From Octopus bimaculoides (lineage: Eukaryota), in NCBI RefSeq assembly GCF_001194135.2, contig NC_068993.1:52612259-52676258 (forward strand): a stretch of DNA of 64,000 bases, in the 5' to 3' direction. Below the pieces are notes generated by a model. The model saw nothing but the letters and a program-made list of their open reading frames with translations, was not told the DNA's origin and did no database searches. The position numbers and the translations under genes are program-made. Of the stretch, positions 62,801-64,000 are shown in pieces. Position 1 is the stretch's first letter. The number at the start of each line of letters is the position of its first letter.

Positions 62801-63992
62801 AGATTGCGCGATGCTTTTGAGCATCTAAACGACATCATCAACGTGAGTGGCTCAAAAGGAGAGTCAAAATCGGCTCACTGGAAGTTCACATTCATTTTAC
62901 GGAGCTCTCGTCTATTATTCTATATAATCTTTAATACTGTAAAACGCACGATTCTTTGTTTTTGTCGCTGTAAGAAACCTTAGAAAGAAAAATCGTTCAT
63001 AGTGCTAAAGCAGATTTACTTTTAGATACACTTACTCTAAACAGCATCAATTTGAGTTATTGCTATTAATTAAAGAGTTTGAATTCGATCTTTTCTACAA
63101 AAGTACCCGCTGATCAAGCAACTTTTACTGAGAGAACAGGAAACATAGTCAGCTGGCGAATCACAATGGAAAAGCAAGAAAACAGTTTAGCGTTTGATTA
63201 TATAAAAAATTGTTAAGAATGTATGAATAATAATTTCAAATTTTGGCACAATTCGGGGGGAAGGAGTAAGTCGATTTCCTCAACCCCCAGTACTTAACTG
63301 GTATTTATTTTATCGTCCCCGAAATTATGAAATGCAAAGTCGACCTCGACAGAATTTGAACTCAGAACGTGAAGACGGATGACATGCTGCAAAGCATTTT
63401 GCCCGGCGTGCTAACGATTCTGCCAGCTCGCTGCCTTTGATAATAATGTTTGTTTAAAACATTATTTATTTATGTGCCCTTTTAAAGCTTAGCCATGCTC
63501 ATGGGCCCGGTTTCCCGGTTTCTATGGTGTATGTGTCCCCCACCCCAGCTGGACGGGACGCCAGTCCATCGCAGCTTTACTCAAGAAATAGGAAGAAAGA
63601 GTAAGAGAAAGTTGGGGGCGAAAGTGTACGACAGGGATCGCCACCATCCCCTGCCGGAGCCTCGTGGAGCTTTAGGTGTTTTCGCTCAATAAACACACAC
63701 AACGCCCGCTCTGGGAATCGAAACCGCGATCCACCGACCACGAGTCCGCTGCCCTAACCACTGGGCCATTGCGCCTCCACTGTTTAAAATATGGGCATAC
63801 TAAAATATAAATTGTAGTTAAAAGATGTATACCTCTAAATTCCACACGAATTTGTACACGCTTGTAGAGATCTTCAGTAGCAAACAATATACAGTTAATG
63901 AAGGCCATTAAATTACGTTTATAAGTGACTATATCCGTGGTTTTCAGTTCTTTCACGATGAAACTAAATCTGTAGCGCTCATTTTTACTGAC
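33127..63992 (-). CDS. INF2: Inverted formin-2-like protein (DID/DD-linker-FH1-FH2-DAD), 5'-partial. 12 exons: 63833-63992, 58165-58346, 50349-50428, 47170-49265, 43434-43594, 43068-43226, 41571-41828, 39457-39635, 36584-36698, 35310-35474, 33975-34092, 33127-33212 (1252 aa in window)
   Basis: DID sequence [11 protein letters not shown]...[22 protein letters not shown] parallels human INF2 QYRFSIVMNEL...[22 protein letters not shown]. Also polyproline FH1; FH2 [26 protein letters not shown]...VTLLHFL; C-terminal DAD-like helix. All phases are consistent. Confidence 0.88.
33975..34092 (-). CDS. INF2: Formin exon (end of FH2 helix)
   Basis: [25 protein letters not shown]..., donor A|gtaagt. 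Confidence 0.85.
34150..34335 (+). mobile_element. Degraded RTE 3' end
   Basis: PQGRWKRG(R)PKNS..RWD remnant resembling the RTE C-terminal GRPK motif. Confidence 0.55.
35310..35474 (-). CDS. INF2: Formin FH2 exon
   Basis: [47 protein letters not shown]. Confidence 0.9.
35640..35835 (+). mobile_element. Restriction-like endonuclease remnant of a HERO/Utopia-type non-LTR retrotransposon
   Basis: [36 protein letters not shown], then frameshifted [15 protein letters not shown]; matches the WDxTxxDT..S...GxAAxxAExxKxxKY...FxPVAxETxG pattern. Confidence 0.65.
36584..36698 (-). CDS. INF2: Formin FH2 exon
   Basis: [20 protein letters not shown]...YSDFIK |gtgagt. Confidence 0.88.
36740..37070. repeat. 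Compound (TA)n/(CA)n microsatellite
   Basis: Direct inspection. Confidence 0.9.
37090..37690 (+). mobile_element. Penelope-like element fragment (GIY-YIG endonuclease)
   Basis: [32 protein letters not shown]...[17 protein letters not shown]. Confidence 0.85.
39457..39635 (-). CDS. INF2: Formin FH2 exon (post)
   Basis: [36 protein letters not shown]. Confidence 0.92.
39804..40170 (+). mobile_element. SINE family A
   Basis: gtgtggctgtgtggtaaagaagc head; ccagtgccccagc tail. Confidence 0.8.
40555..41085 (+). mobile_element. 3' part of a CR1/Jockey-group LINE, degraded
   Basis: [16 protein letters not shown] and [23 protein letters not shown] motifs. Confidence 0.75.
41571..41828 (-). CDS. INF2: Formin FH2 exon
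   Basis: [24 protein letters not shown]...LDVGNYMNS. Confidence 0.92.
43068..43226 (-). CDS. INF2: Formin FH2 exon (knob, conserved Ile)
   Basis: [16 protein letters not shown]...KILPTDSE. Confidence 0.92.
43434..43594 (-). CDS. INF2: Formin FH2 exon
   Basis: EKGNLWQDV...[13 protein letters not shown]...IPKK |gtaagt. Confidence 0.9.
44614..46997 (+). mobile_element. Near-complete Chapaev3-like (CMC superfamily) DNA transposon fossil, ~2.4 kb
   Basis: Disrupted transposase at ~45040-46685: [75 protein letters not shown]. Ends CAC(A/T)GG with inverted subterminal block gctgattccgaatc...gtcaggattttgagttatgcgcat. Family assignment is from memory of the motifs. Confidence 0.78.
47170..49265 (-). 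CDS. INF2: Formin 2096-nt exon (end of DD, long linker, FH1, FH2 lasso)
   Basis: ORF 46889..49246 trimmed to acceptor ttcttcag| and donor AATG|gtaatg. Confidence 0.92.
47305..47690 (-). repeat. FH1 polyproline repeats (unit ~[18 protein letters not shown])
   Basis: Seven or more polyproline tracts separated by GSG-type spacers. Confidence 0.9.
47800..48075 (-). repeat. Imperfect 36-bp (12-aa) coding repeats, (E/A)D/N-V-x-S-E/K, in the formin linker
   Basis: [60 protein letters not shown]. Confidence 0.7.
49479..49696. mobile_element. Mariner-derived MITE with TA target duplication (same family as 5517-5736, opposite orientation)
   Basis: TA|cgaggagatgctgaaaagttcctggcttt ... aaagcgaagaacatttcaacaccccctcg|TA. 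Confidence 0.82.
50349..50428 (-). CDS. INF2: Formin exon (DD)
   Basis: [26 protein letters not shown], parallels INF2 [22 protein letters not shown]. Confidence 0.88.
50833..51240 (+). repeat. Diverged direct duplication, period ~258 bp
   Basis: tacattacaaga(a)tttcgaaac..taaattac..gtgaaactcgaa..aaggctgt occurs near 50835 and 51092. Confidence 0.65.
52105..52380 (-). mobile_element. tRNA-headed SINE (family E)
   Basis: Minus strand gaaggcgcgtggcttagtggtaagg head, ccagtccactcagctggc core. Confidence 0.7.
52930..53520 (-). mobile_element. Highly degraded LINE 3' remnant (CR1/Jockey-group?)
   Basis: Weak similarity to the 40555-41085 motifs, many stops. Confidence 0.35.
53690..53960. repeat. 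Polypurine (GA)n/(GAAA)n tract
   Basis: About 270 bp of almost pure A/G on the + strand. Confidence 0.92.
54636..55567. repeat. Long inverted repeat, arms 54636-55088 and 55120-55567, 31-nt spacer
   Basis: Inner junction gagtgatt / aatcactc; outer ends taaggaaatcagaatgt / acattctgacttcctta. Confidence 0.92.
55564..55700 (+). mobile_element. 3' half of SINE family A abutting the inverted repeat
   Basis: cttagcggttcggtaaaagtgaccgatagaataagtact...gactgaaacaagtaag. Confidence 0.8.
56070..56410 (+). mobile_element. SINE family A, diverged
   Basis: gtggctgtgtggtaagaattttgc head. Confidence 0.72.
58165..58346 (-). CDS. INF2: Formin exon (DID/DD)
   Basis: [30 protein letters not shown]...[11 protein letters not shown] |gtaagt. 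Confidence 0.9.
58400..59530 (-). mobile_element. Degraded CR1/Jockey-group LINE (linker and N-terminal RT)
   Basis: [12 protein letters not shown] and [19 protein letters not shown] (RT xDISKAFDxV motif); [10 protein letters not shown] linker remnant. Confidence 0.7.
60590..60965 (-). mobile_element. SINE family A
   Basis: Reverse complement of the 8444 family, with a (CA)n centre. Confidence 0.8.
63240..63436 (-). mobile_element. SINE family B
   Basis: Minus strand ggcagcgagctggcagaatcgttagcacgccgggcaaaatgc. Confidence 0.8.
63455..63780 (-). mobile_element. SINE family C (tRNA-like head)
   Basis: A box TGGCCCAGTGG, B box GGTTTCGATTCC, gcgatggactggcgtcccgtccag core. Confidence 0.82.
63833..63992 (-). 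CDS. INF2: Formin exon (DID)
   Basis: tatttcag| [53 protein letters not shown] |gtatac. Confidence 0.9.
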
Positions 63993-64000
63993 CTGAAATA

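Noticed and set aside
62789-62842. Exon-like plus-strand segment [18 protein letters not shown] resembling bHLH helix 1
   Set aside because: No basic region or second helix, and no partner exons found; likely chance.
63700-63780. tRNA-like sequence (similar heads at 8444, 10178, 52380)
   Set aside because: A and B boxes are present, but each continues into a dispersed repeat body without a proper acceptor stem. These are SINE heads, not tRNA genes.
1-64000. CRISPR arrays, operons or other prokaryotic systems
   Set aside because: No regularly spaced repeat-spacer array; gene structure is spliceosomal throughout.

Overview
AT-rich, repeat-dense eukaryotic window with spliceosomal introns, microsatellites and N gaps. 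The SINE/RTE repeat families look like those of an octopus (coleoid cephalopod) genome; this is inferred from repeat recognition. I reconstructed three protein-coding genes by hand, with consistent splice phases. (1) Mitochondrial translation initiation factor 3 (MTIF3): minus strand, 3 exons, 7213-12450, 223 aa. (2) Pre-mRNA 3'-end factor FIP1L1: plus strand, 17 exons, 12735-32625, 526 aa, head-to-head with MTIF3 (284 bp between ATGs). (3) A DID-containing INF2-type formin: minus strand, 12 exons from 63992 down to 33127, 5' end beyond the window, tail-to-tail with FIP1L1. Introns and flanks hold several tRNA-headed SINE families; fragments of RTE, CR1/Jockey-group, R4/Dong, HERO/Utopia-like and Penelope retroelements; mariner, pogo/Tigger, hAT and piggyBac-like MITEs; and a near-complete Chapaev3-like DNA transposon fossil. 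I cannot support a wholly new biological system. Most notable: the MTIF3-FIP1L1 pair may be a relic of the ancestral ParaHox neighbourhood; an apparent heterozygous 262-bp micro-inversion; a ~450-bp-arm hairpin in a formin intron; a formin with a ~485-aa repeat-containing linker and a DAD cut off before the WH2 LRKT motif; and unusual FIP1L1 splice sites. Gene coordinates were read base by base; repeat boundaries are approximate.
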